64,000 nt of DNA from Perna viridis (GCA_037379345.1 CM074524.1:6855635-6919634); one strand, 5' to 3'. Shown: positions 30,101 to 40,749, counted from the first letter of the stretch. Notes: a model not told the origin generated them from the sequence alone. Translations and numbers: made by a program.

Positions 30101-33100
30101 CTGTGCTATCTGTAATTAATTTTAGTCAGAATGCACTATGGGCACTGTGCTATAATTTTGGAGGAAGGCCAAAAGAGCTGCGCTTTACCAGTAAGCAATG
30201 TGCTATTCAAAAATTATGGGAACTCAGTGTTTGAAACTGAATTTTTTGTCAACACAGACCCATCATAATTTTACATAGAGTGCACTGTACATTTTAAGGC
30301 AACTTGAGCCAATTTCATCATAGTCCTGCTTTATTTTACACAGACTCGGTCTGAATGTCTACTGATAATTTCTTTCACTGGAAATGGAATAATAAGTACT
30401 TCCAAGTAAATATAAATGTATAAAATCTTACCCTAGTGGAAGTACCAATGAAGAAAACAGCTTGTTTCCCGCCAACACCAAAGTAAGATATGTCACTGTT
30501 CAGAGAGAGCGGGACCTCTGGTTGTATCACAGAACTGTTTGAATCTTCATCCTCAATAAAACTCCTAAAAAGCAATATGAATTTAGAATTGCAGATAAGT
30601 TAGTGTACAAGTAAGTTATCTCACTGTTCAGAGACCGTGGGTACTCTGGTTGTATCACAGAACTGTTAGAATCTTCATCTTTTATACAACTCCTAAAAAC
30701 AATAAAAAGATAAAATGTTTCTGCTGAATGTTGAATTGCAGATAAGTTAGTGTACAAGACTGCACAATCTATCATAAGATGATAAATATACCACATGATA
30801 TAAAGAACAAGGTACATTATAGTATGTTTTTGGCCCCCTATTAAGCAGAATTTCTTAACATTGTAATAGAATGTTAGCAATCTGCATTTTAGTTAAGGAC
30901 TCAATGTGGAACAACAACATTACTATATTAGAATTTTGTGTTAGTTCTTGTTGAGAAATGACAAGTCTATCATAGTTAAAAACTCAAGTTTTTGCAAAAA
31001 TAGCTAAAATTTGGTACAATATTGATAACATTTTTCAAACTTGTGATGCCTGTGCCAATGTAGACCCTCCAAAGCTATAGGAATTCTGATAAAATAGACA
31101 AAAACCCTTCAGAATATCAAGATACTACATGAGTCTACTTGTGTTATTGTGGAATGGATAATTTACTTACTTATTTGTAAAATTTTAGAAAACCACCTAT
31201 TCTGACCAATAATCATGACTTAAATACACAGTACAGATAATTCACAGGTGTAAACAATTAAACTTTAGAATTAACACTTTTGTTCAGCAAGTAAAAGATT
31301 GCTCCAACTCAAATATCAATTTTCATAAAAAAAATGGGCCAATTTCACCACTAAACGTACCTAAACCTTTACATTTCAGACACTGTTAGGTAAGATATAA
31401 TAGTTCCCTAACTCAGTGAAGCCTCATTAAGAACTATGAAATAATACCCTCTGGTGTCTGATATCTCAAACTTGTATGGGTGTTAGATTTGTTAATAACT
31501 TACACTTTATCCCGTTTGTCTTTTCTTATGAACTTGGACAGCCTGTAAATGGCCCAGTTGTTCAGTTGTCGTGGTGTCATTCCTTTACCATTATCTATCA
31601 CAAATATACACGGGTTCTTCTCATCGAAGTGCTGAAAAATAATAAAACAATCTCAAAACATTGAACATTTACAAGTGGTATTTGCCAATCACAGTCTTTA
31701 TTATTTCCCTAAAAACCATGCTTCCACAATCACGAAAGCAGAAATCTAATTGACTGATTAGAAAACTCATCAGAACAGAATTTCGAAATGAGCATTGTTA
31801 CGATCCTAAATGCAGAGCATAGGACAGAATGGAACGATTAGTATGTGCAATTTTAATTGGATTGAATCTCCTCAAAACAGATATGCATTTCCAATAAACA
31901 TCAAGTTTGTTACATGTATACTTTCTAAGGTATGGGACACAACTCTTACAAATCATTGGAACGTTTGTATTTACTATTGTACAACAATCTCAGTTAAGCA
32001 TCAAAGTAAGTTGGACTAATTTAATTCTGTTTCAAAGAAAAGCTTAAAAGTCTTTGGTGAAATTGAATATGATACATACATATCACTGATTTGAAGAATT
32101 ATGTACCAGACCCTAGGTCAACCTCCTTAAACAAGAACTACAGAACCAGATAGATTTTTGTCTTTTATGAAAAGATTCACGTCATTTATTTTGGGACTTT
32201 TAACAACTTGATTTATAGAATGGGTTTTGCTGAAGACCATGTGGTGACCTGTAGAAGTTTAATTGTTCGTTGCTTGGCTTTTGGTGGATGAATGTCTTAC
32301 TGGCAATCATATCACATCTCCTATTTCTATATAGATGTCCTTGAGTTAAAATTACCTAGGACCACATTCTTAAGAGTATACATAACTTAATGTTACAAAG
32401 ACATCCTTAAAATTATGATCTTTGATCTTTTCCATGTTTTTGCTTCCAAGGATATACTTGCATAAAGTTCAGTAACCTAAGAAAAACCAACATTTAAAAT
32501 ACCAATAGGATTCCTGATTTCTTTCTTTAAATTCCTAAATGAAGACAATTATAGAGTGTTCATAAGAAAATACCAAATGCTTTTCATAACTTTATCAAAT
32601 CTATTCATAAATTACCTACCAGTCTGAGCTCAATTTTTCTTGGCCCTTCATTTTTGGCTGTGGCTGATAGAGCATTATCTATCAATTCTGCAAAAGCATA
32701 GGCTGAAAAAAAAACATATTAAAATGTACACACTGAAATTATTCATATATCTTAACTTTGCCCTACTCACTCAAGAGCTTAACATTAAAATTCATAGTAT
32801 ATTTTTTAGTATGCAAGTGGATATGGCTTTGATAAAAAATGAAAAGAAAGAGATTACTAGTCTTTCTAAAATTAATGTAGATGACTACATGCAGTGAATC
32901 TAAGGATGATGTATCTTTAAGATATACTGAATTAATTCTAAGAAAGTTTTTTTTTCCCATGTTAAGTGTCAGTATCTGTAAGAACCAAGCAGTGGATGAA
33001 ACATGGTACGAAAAAAAACACCATTTTGATAGAGTAATTTGACTATTTGAACCATCAGAATCAAGGAAAAAAGATATTTTCCATTTCATGTTGGTGCATT

Positions 33101-36100
33101 CAGTTATAATTTCATTGAAATGCACTGAAAATGAACATTTCAAGGGCAGATAACTCTGTCAAAACGCTCAATTTTTCTAACATTCTATTAAAAATTTCTG
33201 AGCAAAGCCAGTGATTCAAAGATCAAATAATGGTCTTTTCAAATAGAGAAAGTATCAGTGAGTAATATTACTGTCAGATCAGTAGGGCTTTGACATGCAT
33301 GTTTCTAAATTTTCCCATTTTGCCTGATTCTTACAAACACTTACACTTAATTGACCACTGTTTCATCCCATACTTTGCATATTAATTGTGAAATATTATG
33401 GGTAAGTCTTACAACATCACATAATGAATAAAACATACTAATTTTCGTGGATTATGTCAAGCAAACATATTTGCAGGTATCAATTTTCGCAGTTTCAAAA
33501 CAGGTTTGGCGTTATATAGTGTTAAAAATTAATTTCGCGAGTACTAATTTTCAGAGTTTTCTGTCCACTGCGAAAATAGCGAAAATTAGCACGTTTACAG
33601 TATATGTTATTCTTAAAAGATTGACAAAAAATGTTATTCTTAGAAGTTGACAAAAAAGCTCTTTTTGTTTTGTTAGAACATTTGGACAACTTATATATAT
33701 TTAATCAGAGAATGTGCATATCTTACATGTATTTATTTCGTGTACAATACTGAATACTGGCATGAATATACATACAAAGAGGATTTTGTCCTTCTGACGC
33801 ATAGTATTCATACATTCCACCCTTAACGATTGTGTCATAATGAGGCAGGAAGTTGACTCTTTCTTTAGCAGGAGCACATAACTCTTGATTGATGTCCCTC
33901 AAAACATACAAAGTATCACCTTTGTCTATTATGTCTGTAAAAAAGGAAAAACATTTGTGATACAAATGTATATATACTACATGAAAACTACAGTGTGGCT
34001 AGAAAAGAAATTGGAAAAGGTAACCATCTGCATAGGAACATTCCATCAGACTAATTGATTGATTGATCAATTATTGTGTTTAACATCCTATAGCAGATAT
34101 TTCATGCATGTCAGGACAAGCACAACTGATCAATCCAACAAACCCTGCTTTGAACTAGTTCGACAAGCTGAGCTGGATTTTAGTGTGCTAGCTCACAGAA
34201 GCAACAGTCTCCAGGTATGCATTCCACAACACTTGTACACATCATTCTGACTCTGAGCTAAGCAGTTGTCACTCTTACCCTTAAATGAAGTGTGCTAGGA
34301 AGAGAAGCAGTGACTACCAATTTTTTGGTGCGACTCGACAGCAGATCAAACTCACCTCTTTCACCCCAGAAAAGCATGCTATACCGAGACTAAAGAGCTG
34401 TAAACAACAGATTTTTAATTATTACAGGACAGACAATGCAAAATTCACATGACATCCATTTATACTTAACAGAATTGGGTTTTATTGATAAGTACTTTGT
34501 ACTATCTCAGTGATAGGGAAATCAGGGGCCATATGCAAAAGGTCCATTTAAGTTGGAAATGCCAGATTTAAGATATAAGACTTAAAACTGAATGATAACA
34601 AACAGGCAATTAAAATCTTAAATACATTGTACATGTATTTGTAAAAAAAAATGCTGAACCATTCAGAATCTGAAAACAATTCTGAATCTTCATGAGACCT
34701 TTCTCAACCAAAATATTTTCAACTGGAAATGATAGTCAGAAAAGTCTTGCACCAACTGAAATGGATACACAAATTTTGCACAGGCTTGAAATTGCAAAAT
34801 AGCATTTTCCACATGTTAAAGGATCTTTCTATTATTTATTCAGTGTGACTTACCCCATGATGGATCGTCTTTAATTTCTTCTCTGTTTGTTGTAGCAATT
34901 ATAAATTCATCATTCTTCTTTATACTAAGTACCTGGTAGATAAAAAAGAAAACGATCAGGCAATTGCAAATTTTTAAATTGCTAAATACCTGACATTTTG
35001 AGGTAAATGGTTGTAATATATAGAAGTTACATTATTTACAAGTGTAACTAGAATAGGTATGGTGAATATACTTTATAGTCTTCAAGTTTTAACATGACTT
35101 AGGGTTTACTTATAAACTGTAAATTCAATGTATAATGAATTTTGTTCAAAGTTTGCAGTCTTTCCAAAATATCTTCCATCAAAATTTGTCAGACCGATAG
35201 TTACATATGATTCGTCTGACTGGTAAATAAATCTGAAGCACTTCAGACCAGTGGTCTTTTTAAGTGTACCTGACTAAAAACATGATGCTGAAATACCATT
35301 CAAGACTTTCTTGTCTCACATTTTTCAGGGAAAAACAATAATTATAATTAATGTCACACGACACCAAACACATTTTCCTTTCTTTGCGTAACTAGTGCAT
35401 TTTGAAGTGAAGAATGTTCCTTCCGTAATTCTGTACATCACCGGATGTTAGTCACAAGCATGTAACCTAATATTTGTTCTCAAATGGGCACCATTTTTGT
35501 CTGAATATGTTATTGGAAAGATAACTAAGAAAATGCAGTACAATTCAAATCTTTGGTAATGCATGAAAATGAGAGGGCAACTTCTAGTCACTTTTGATTT
35601 GGTCCTGGAGCAAAGAGACTCACTCTTAATTGAGTAACACCAGGCAGTGTCCTAGCTAGGGCAAAATGGAGGGGTGCAGTACCCCTCTGCCCCTACTGAG
35701 TACCTCTTTAGAGCCCATTTACAATTATCTGAATGTCCCTTAAAGATTACACTCTTGTTAATAAATAACCCCAAACCAATTAAGAAGTGTCACCTTCATC
35801 AACTTTATCCTGTCTTTATTTACCCTCAGGTAAATATCAGTGATCAGCTGACCAGGGTTATCGGATGATGACTTGCAAGTAGAAATTGGATCCTGATTGG
35901 AACTATCACCATTTTATGGACAGCCAATCATCGGTTAAATAATTATTTTCTTTCCAACAATTAATTTCAGGTCTATGTTTTGTAGAACCCCGGGTGTAAA
36001 CAATTGCATGCTGCACAGGTTTGTCTATTCAAAATGTTAGTTACCTCCCTTCCAATTTCAATTATTTTCTAAATTTTCTACATCTTCAACAGTACAGGAC

Positions 36101-39100
36101 ATTTTTTAGAATTTATGATGACATTAGTTACAGGAAATAATATTCTGCTTCATTAAATATGATTTTGAAATTCAATTGGAGCAATATTGAATATCTGTTA
36201 CATTTCATGCATCATTTATTTTCATAGCACGTCATAAGTGTAAAGAATCACTTGCCCTTAATCACCTGTATATTGTGATAGTACGCTTCTTTTCTCCAAG
36301 TGCAATGTTAATTTTTATCTACACCTCATCCTTATATTATAGATTGTGTGTGCTCAACATATAGCTTCAGCTATTCATTTGTGGCTTAATCGTTTCTATT
36401 CTGTTATTCATTTAAACTGATTTATTCAATGGGTCATAGTTTTCCTTTCCTCGTTTGTCTACTCCGGACTTGACTTTTTATGAGCAACTCGGCGGGTGTT
36501 TCTAGAAAAGCAGAGGATGCTTACCCTGCCGGTGCACCGGGTCCATGCTCCCAGTTTTTAGTGGAGTCCGAGTTGCTCATTTGCTTTTGTTGTGTATGTC
36601 TGTTTTCCATGTCTGGTCTTTGTCCCTGGATTGCATTCTTTTGATTACCGCTGTAATCTTGGTTCCCTTGATTATTCTTTCCATTTATTATAGAATATGT
36701 AAATGTCTTCACAAAGCAGTTGTTTAACTGATAAAAGGTCTGTTAATACAGTAAAGGTGTCATGCGCATATCAGACATGATTTTACGAGGTCTACAAATA
36801 AAGACAGAAATTGGCAAATTCGGAAGTAAGAATTGTAACGATAAAATCCGAAATTTGAAATGGCAGAATTTCGCTTTAAAGTGGGAAAAAAATCATGTCT
36901 CACATATTATTGCAGTGAAACTTATTTGGTTTACAAAATATGATGCAACACTGTCCATTCACACATTGTGCCATCTTCACTTTCAAAAGTTGGCAGTTAT
37001 ATAATAAGAATATAAACATACAAGAAAAGCTAAAAATGAAGGAAGATATTTCTAACTTAATAGAAACATAAATCTTTAAAAAAAAAACTAAGACCAATGT
37101 CCATTTTTGGTTGAAAAAAAACATGCTAGGCATTAAAGTGCCCTCTTCCCTGTGCCCCTCTATTTTCACATCCTAACTAGATCACTGCCTGGGCAAATAT
37201 TTTGCCCAAATCTTGTTTATATCAATAACTCGATTAGGGAAAAAAATTAACACATCCTCCTAGACTTTAATGAGACTTCCATGTAAATTAGTTATTTCTA
37301 AATTGATCATTTTAAATATAAATTTAAGATTTGTACAAATATTCTGAATTTTCCAAAAAAGGATCATATTTTTCCAATGAAAAAAGGAGGAGGCCAACAA
37401 TACCACTGTGTCAGATATTTGCATACCATATTTATCAATGTCCACAACAAATTTGGTCCATCAAAAAGTATGTCTATCAGGCATGCAGTCTTTGGATGAC
37501 AGATCAAATGACAGACAAGAATTTTCAACTTTTTGGGAAGACTGAGTTTGTGAGTGAAAAAGTTTACAATTCTAATCACGAGTTTCTTCATGCCTTAGCC
37601 GTTTTTGATCAGTCGAGAGCGTCGTTACCAGAAAGTTCATATATGCATGAATGCCAGTCAACTTGAAACCAATATGGCAGCTGTGTAGTTCGGAAGAGTG
37701 TGGCAACGAACTGAACTGCATAATATAGCCGTAAGAGTAGTTTATTACATGCATATTGATTATACTAGTCAAGTTTGTTTACAGAGAATAACTTTCAGCT
37801 AGGGGAAAGAAACTTATAACTCTGTCCGACCGAACCCTTGAAAACACCTTGTTGTAATTTTTCTTCTTCCTTGTTGAATTTCCTTAATATACTCCTGTTG
37901 AATTGTTCACATCTCGTATTTTTCAATGCCAACTATCACTTTGTCCATGTCGTTATGCAGCTGGTTATGTGTAAATATTTGTCCGCGCTTCCATATGTGT
38001 GCAAAGGAATGTGTGTGTATTGAAGCGTTAACATAAACAGTGTACCAATATAACTGACGGAGACTCTCAGAGGGTAACTTTGACTGTCCATTGAATACTA
38101 TAAATTGTGTACTGTTACAGTAACTGACTTTTAGAAAATGGTGCCTTTATACACGTTATAGTGCCTTGACCTTTCAGAACGTCGAGTATCACTTATAAGT
38201 AAATGGCATTGGATTTCATGAGTAGACATTTGATAAACTGGACATTTAGACAGTCATTCTAATAGACTGGGTCAGTAGGTTACAAGCATGTACAGTTCTG
38301 TAAATATTTCTTTCTTCTGAACTTTGCCATGCCTTGACTTTACTTTGCACAAGATTACAAATGTATTACAGATGTACCTTCAAATAGTACTGTTAAATAA
38401 CAAAAATGTTTGTTGTTACAATTGTATGCAATAACTCTTATCAAATCAGCTCTAGAAGTGACAGGGGTCGCGCTGGGCTTCGCCAATGTCGCAATTTGCT
38501 ATTTTTTATTTTATCTGGCGACAAAAATAATCAGCTGGCGATTTTCTTGGCGCCTAGGTTTTGTATATTAAAATTGGCAGGAAGTTAATCAGCAACGGAT
38601 ATTCTCTCTAATTAAACAATTGGGTTGACACCTGGTCAGAGTTAATTGACCATGAAAAATTTACGACTGAAGGCAATTAAAGGTAATTAGACCAGGCGAT
38701 CATGACTGGCAATATGGGAGGTGTCAATCAAATGTAAATATAATATTGAGCCAATCAAAACTCTCATCAAAGGGAAACACAATTATGGCCATGTGCACGT
38801 GGCTACATACAAGCTTCACAGCCCTGTGATACATTCAGAAACACACTTACCTAATAACAGAATAAATTAAATCCAATTAACAATGATTATCCCATCAGGA
38901 AGTGTCTAAACACCTCGAAATGAAAGAATTGATATAAGAAAATTGATGACATTTGTTTACACTTTTGCCATGTGACTTTTTTTGCGGGAAAATCGGTAAA
39001 CAAATAGAATGGGGATTCCCAAAATCTAACGAAGGAAATACTACTCAGATATCAAAATAATTATACAGGGACACAATTAATGGTCCATGGTACAAAATGT

Positions 39101-40725
39101 AGTTTGCTAGAAATTTTATCACTTGAAAAAAAGAATCAAGTTTGTTGAAAATTAAAAAACAATCAAATTATATTGCAAGATAAATTAGACCATAAAGGAC
39201 AATTGTGAACATTTTATAAAATCAGGGACTATATAAGAATAGTTAAATAAAGTCCTTGATAGAAATAAAATACCTGTTTCTGGAGTAATACTTTATTTTA
39301 TGCATATGAAAGTGACAGACTAGAACTAACCTGCATTATACATGCATCAAGAGTGAATCTTGGTACATCCATGCATGTCATGAATTGATAAGTTATTTTG
39401 ATAAATTCACAAAGATGATTCATCAGTAGATTTAATACTATCACATTTTGGCACCCTTTGGCTCTAATTTCTAAAAATTAACGACAAAAAATGGCAGCTG
39501 GCAATTTTTCTGGCAACAGAATTTTGGAAGCCAGAGCAGCTCCTGTGTGACATGGCAAAAAAAATAAGTGTTTACTGTCACATGCTGAAAAAAAAGGGGG
39601 TCGTTAGGTCGATTTTTGGGGGGGTTGGAAGGGGGGGTGTTCAATTGTAGTTTCTAATAGGCTAATAAGCAACACTGAAACAGAAGACACTATAATGGTG
39701 CACATGCTTGTCTATCAGCTAGTTTTCTTTTTAAATTGCTAGCACTGGAGGCCTCCATTGTTGTTTAATACGATAAATAACAGTACAGGTGATGGAAAAA
39801 GTGAGAATTTCAGAAATTTTAGAAAATTGCCAATAAAAAAGTTAAGGTCACAGCAATAAAATGAGGGTCAGTCGGGTGACCATAAACACACATTTTTTTT
39901 TTTTTGGGGGGGGGGGGGGCGGGGCTATATACATGTAATAAAAATCTGAAAATCAGAAAATATAAGACACATGAAAAAGATTGATGAAAATAATAAAAAC
40001 TTTTCAGTCATGGGGTTTACATGGTCTGGCTATGGCAAACAAAATATTTTTTTATTTTGACCTTGAATACTGGAGATATTGCTTTTGTATTTATTAGTCA
40101 CACTCCAATATTCTGATGTTAAATGTTCATTTTCATGTAATGTGTGTACAAACTTAATAGATGTCAAGTTACATGCACTGTTTTGGTTTTGATGAGTAAC
40201 ACAAAAGTTGGCCCCACAGACGGCATAATATCTGAACTGCTGAACATTGTATGTGAAGATCAGAAAGAAAGTGAAATGATGCAATTTACAACATTTCAGG
40301 TAAGATTCACACATTTTTAAGTTTTTGGCAATTTAGCATCTTTAAACTATGATTGAGTATGAAAGCTCAAAAACACAAGCCACATTTTAAACGCAACACG
40401 ATCTGTGCTAAAATTCAATGAATAGGAATACAAGAACATTCTGCAAATCGCAATAAAAACTGCTATTTGATCCATAGTATTTAAGCATGCATTGAAATTA
40501 TTGCGTTGTAGTTAGTTTTTGTTTGTAAACAATCACTGAACTGAATCCTAAAATATCAACCTCGCAGACTCGTTTTACAAAATCGTCATAGTTCCACAGC
40601 CCCCCTGTAGGGATCTTGACTTCTGGCGCATCCTTTTCTCTCCGATCGAAGACGTAAACGAATGCATCGTCGTCTTCTAGCTGAGCAGAAGCTAACCCCA
40701 CGCTTTTTCTCGAGGGGGTAGCCAT
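101..40725 (-). CDS. SMCHD1: SMCHD1 orthologue (structural maintenance of chromosomes flexible hinge domain-containing 1), 5' 31 coding exons; gene continues past the left edge
   Basis: 31 GT-AG exons join in consistent phase (3995 nt). Peptides match vertebrate SMCHD1: [131 protein letters not shown] context AAACATGG. Hinge domain not in window. Confidence 0.93.
317..528. repeat. About 50-bp tandem repeat x4 spanning the SMCHD1 exon 30 donor
   Basis: Unit = last ~45 nt of exon + GTAAA. Confidence 0.9.
482..607 (-). CDS. SMCHD1: SMCHD1 exon 30
   Basis: [25 protein letters not shown]...KIK|gtaaag. Confidence 0.82.
699..1138. mobile_element. MITE with about 30-bp imperfect TIRs (AGTAGCACTCCAGCTAAGAATCATGCAAAAT)
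   Basis: TIRs at both ends; other copies in opposite orientation at about 7862-7997 + 11868-12135 (split by the LINE) and about 28860-29219. Confidence 0.75.
1475..1702 (-). mobile_element. Degenerate tRNA-derived SINE (bivalve type)
   Basis: Shares core with 22708-23076 and 34053-34400; B-box-like GGGTCGAATC on the minus strand. Confidence 0.6.
1748..1903 (-). CDS. SMCHD1: SMCHD1 exon 29
   Basis: [10 protein letters not shown]...[11 protein letters not shown]...WDLNQ|gtaagt. Confidence 0.85.
2840..2920 (-). CDS. SMCHD1: SMCHD1 exon 28
   Basis: [27 protein letters not shown]; phase 0/0. Confidence 0.75.
2948..3992 (+). mobile_element. Non-autonomous Helentron/pearl-like element carrying about 5 tandem ~160-bp satellite units
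   Basis: Units start near 3169, 3321, 3482, 3639, 3801; followed by GACG/GACA-like microsatellite and a 3' hairpin ATACCC..GCAAC/GTTGC..GGGTAT. Confidence 0.7.
4306..4505. mobile_element. About 200-bp fold-back MITE (ACTGTGAAAGTA.../...TACTTTCACA)
   Basis: Inverted ends, TA-flanked; related copies at about 5031-5208, 23228-23435, 45541-45735. Confidence 0.6.
4620..4895 (-). CDS. SMCHD1: SMCHD1 exon 27
   Basis: VNWTPK...LPDIKVP...[11 protein letters not shown]. Confidence 0.88.
5808..5875 (-). CDS. SMCHD1: SMCHD1 exon 26
   Basis: [22 protein letters not shown]. Confidence 0.85.
6247..6555 (+). mobile_element. Short Helentron/pearl-like element
   Basis: AACAAGCATTCTGA start, GTCCCCT sub-terminal motif, GACA microsatellite, 3' hairpin; same family as 46455-47150. 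Confidence 0.65.
6983..7145 (-). CDS. SMCHD1: SMCHD1 exon 25
   Basis: [17 protein letters not shown]...[10 protein letters not shown]. Confidence 0.85.
7598..7732 (-). CDS. SMCHD1: SMCHD1 exon 24
   Basis: [15 protein letters not shown]...ITAKIELQ. Confidence 0.85.
7998..11867 (+). mobile_element. Degenerate, apparently full-length CR1/L2-type non-LTR retrotransposon (2A-like motif, PHD, APE endonuclease, RT)
   Basis: Frameshifted ORF pieces 8164-8409, 8397-8879, 8863-9525, 9786-10376, 10474-11721; [12 protein letters not shown]...WQCVNC (PHD), GTETWL, YRPP, GDLNLP (APE), [23 protein letters not shown] (RT); candidate TSD AAATC at 7993-7997 and 11868-11872. Confidence 0.92.
8884..9107 (+). 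repeat. 36-bp in-frame tandem repeat x6 ([12 protein letters not shown]) inside the LINE endonuclease
   Basis: Unit GA(C/T)ATAATCCTAGGCACAGAGACATGGCTTCCAACA. Confidence 0.95.
13060..13192. repeat. Degenerate ~50-bp repeat x3 spanning the SMCHD1 exon 23 donor
   Basis: GGAAACTC.T.TGTA.AT..AAGGT recurs three times on the minus strand. Confidence 0.65.
13167..13303 (-). CDS. SMCHD1: SMCHD1 exon 23
   Basis: [35 protein letters not shown]...CTCK. Confidence 0.85.
13371..13588. mobile_element. TTAA-flanked MITE
   Basis: AGGTAGACC...GATCTAGCC inverted ends flanked by TTAA; second copy at about 58594-58794. Confidence 0.6.
14534..14606 (-). CDS. SMCHD1: SMCHD1 exon 22
   Basis: [24 protein letters not shown]. 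Confidence 0.85.
15090..15832. repeat. 53-bp tandem repeat x~14 spanning the SMCHD1 exon 21 donor
   Basis: Unit = last 45 nt of exon + GTAAGTTA; alternating subtypes give a 106-bp higher-order period. Confidence 0.92.
15787..15886 (-). CDS. SMCHD1: SMCHD1 exon 21
   Basis: [33 protein letters not shown]|gtaagt. Confidence 0.85.
16230..16374 (-). CDS. SMCHD1: SMCHD1 exon 20
   Basis: [33 protein letters not shown]. Confidence 0.9.
17667..17762. repeat. 36-bp tandem repeat x2.7 with internal hairpin CACTGTA-TTCT-TACAGTG
   Basis: Direct inspection; intronic, just after the exon 19 donor. Confidence 0.85.
17776..17895 (-). CDS. SMCHD1: SMCHD1 exon 19
   Basis: [20 protein letters not shown]...[11 protein letters not shown]. 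Confidence 0.88.
18499..18576 (-). CDS. SMCHD1: SMCHD1 exon 18
   Basis: [25 protein letters not shown]. Confidence 0.88.
19071..19181 (-). CDS. SMCHD1: SMCHD1 exon 17
   Basis: [19 protein letters not shown]...[12 protein letters not shown]. Confidence 0.88.
20278..20360 (-). CDS. SMCHD1: SMCHD1 exon 16
   Basis: [27 protein letters not shown]. Confidence 0.88.
21804..22024 (-). CDS. SMCHD1: SMCHD1 exon 15
   Basis: [21 protein letters not shown]...[19 protein letters not shown]. Confidence 0.92.
22708..23076 (-). mobile_element. Degenerate tRNA-derived SINE with (AATC)n tail
   Basis: GATTGATTG tail on the plus strand plus the shared core. Confidence 0.6.
23754..23948 (-). CDS. SMCHD1: SMCHD1 exon 14
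   Basis: [27 protein letters not shown]...[11 protein letters not shown]. Confidence 0.92.
24126..24249 (-). CDS. SMCHD1: SMCHD1 exon 13
   Basis: [24 protein letters not shown]...SNGQ. Confidence 0.92.
24614..24673 (-). CDS. SMCHD1: SMCHD1 exon 12
   Basis: [19 protein letters not shown]. Confidence 0.88.
25120..25240 (-). CDS. SMCHD1: SMCHD1 exon 11
   Basis: EPEVFDEHD...[23 protein letters not shown]. Confidence 0.9.
25527..25740 (-). CDS. SMCHD1: SMCHD1 exon 10
   Basis: VKLYTPK...[14 protein letters not shown]...[20 protein letters not shown]. Confidence 0.92.
26183..26285 (-). CDS. SMCHD1: SMCHD1 exon 9
   Basis: [13 protein letters not shown]...PFASIDIE. Confidence 0.9.
27166..27323 (-). 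CDS. SMCHD1: SMCHD1 exon 8
   Basis: [10 protein letters not shown]...DSFTVVQI...WTRQL. Confidence 0.88.
27300..27690. repeat. Spaced ~60-bp repeat x5 spanning the SMCHD1 exon 8 acceptor
   Basis: CATGT..AGTCA(C/T)CT(A/G)GCTAAATCAGAAAGTTCA.GATCAAATTACATTCATA recurs. Confidence 0.8.
28066..28185 (-). CDS. SMCHD1: SMCHD1 exon 7
   Basis: [21 protein letters not shown]...[11 protein letters not shown]. Confidence 0.9.
28860..29219. mobile_element. Copy of the 699-1138 MITE family
   Basis: Collinear similarity ending GCATGATTCTTAGCTGGAGTGCTACT. Confidence 0.7.
30432..30564 (-). CDS. SMCHD1: SMCHD1 exon 6 (GHKL glycine-rich motif)
   Basis: SFIEDED...[25 protein letters not shown]. Confidence 0.9.
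30480..30760. repeat. Partial tandem duplication of the SMCHD1 exon 6 acceptor and 5' part of the exon
   Basis: 30609-30692 copies about the first 84 nt of exon 6, with its own TTTTTAG. Confidence 0.85.
31504..31631 (-). CDS. SMCHD1: SMCHD1 exon 5 (GHKL DxGxG motif)
   Basis: [34 protein letters not shown]...|gtaagt. Confidence 0.9.
32620..32702 (-). CDS. SMCHD1: SMCHD1 exon 4 (GHKL motif I, catalytic Glu)
   Basis: [27 protein letters not shown]. Confidence 0.92.
33776..33934 (-). CDS. SMCHD1: SMCHD1 exon 3
   Basis: [11 protein letters not shown]...[25 protein letters not shown]; AG/GT flanks. Confidence 0.92.
34053..34400 (-). mobile_element. Degenerate tRNA-derived SINE with (AATC)n tail
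   Basis: Same tail and core (GAGCTGGATTTT...GCTAGCTCACAGAAGCAACAGTC). Confidence 0.62.
34854..34932 (-). CDS. SMCHD1: SMCHD1 exon 2
   Basis: cag|[26 protein letters not shown]|gtaagt; phase 0 to 1. Confidence 0.8.
35640..37192. mobile_element. Old TIR element containing a nested retroelement 3' fragment
   Basis: CCAGGCAGTGTCCTAGCTAGG versus CCTAACTAGATCACTGCCTGG; no TSD seen. Confidence 0.4.
36411..36680 (+). mobile_element. 3' fragment of the Penelope-like retroelement family
   Basis: Near-identical to 62903-63180 (GAGCAACTCGGCGGGTGTTTCTAGAAAAGCAGAGGA...). Confidence 0.65.
40561..40725 (-). CDS. SMCHD1: SMCHD1 exon 1 (CDS part)
   Basis: [10 protein letters not shown]...VYVFDRRE...FVKRVCE then GT; an alternative in-frame ATG lies at 40746. 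Confidence 0.75.
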
Positions 40726-40749
40726 GTTTGTTATTACCGCGTTCATTAG

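Noticed and set aside
38461-39545. Possible hAT-like element with CAGG...CCTG ends
   Set aside because: Inverted repeats are weak and there is no target-site duplication
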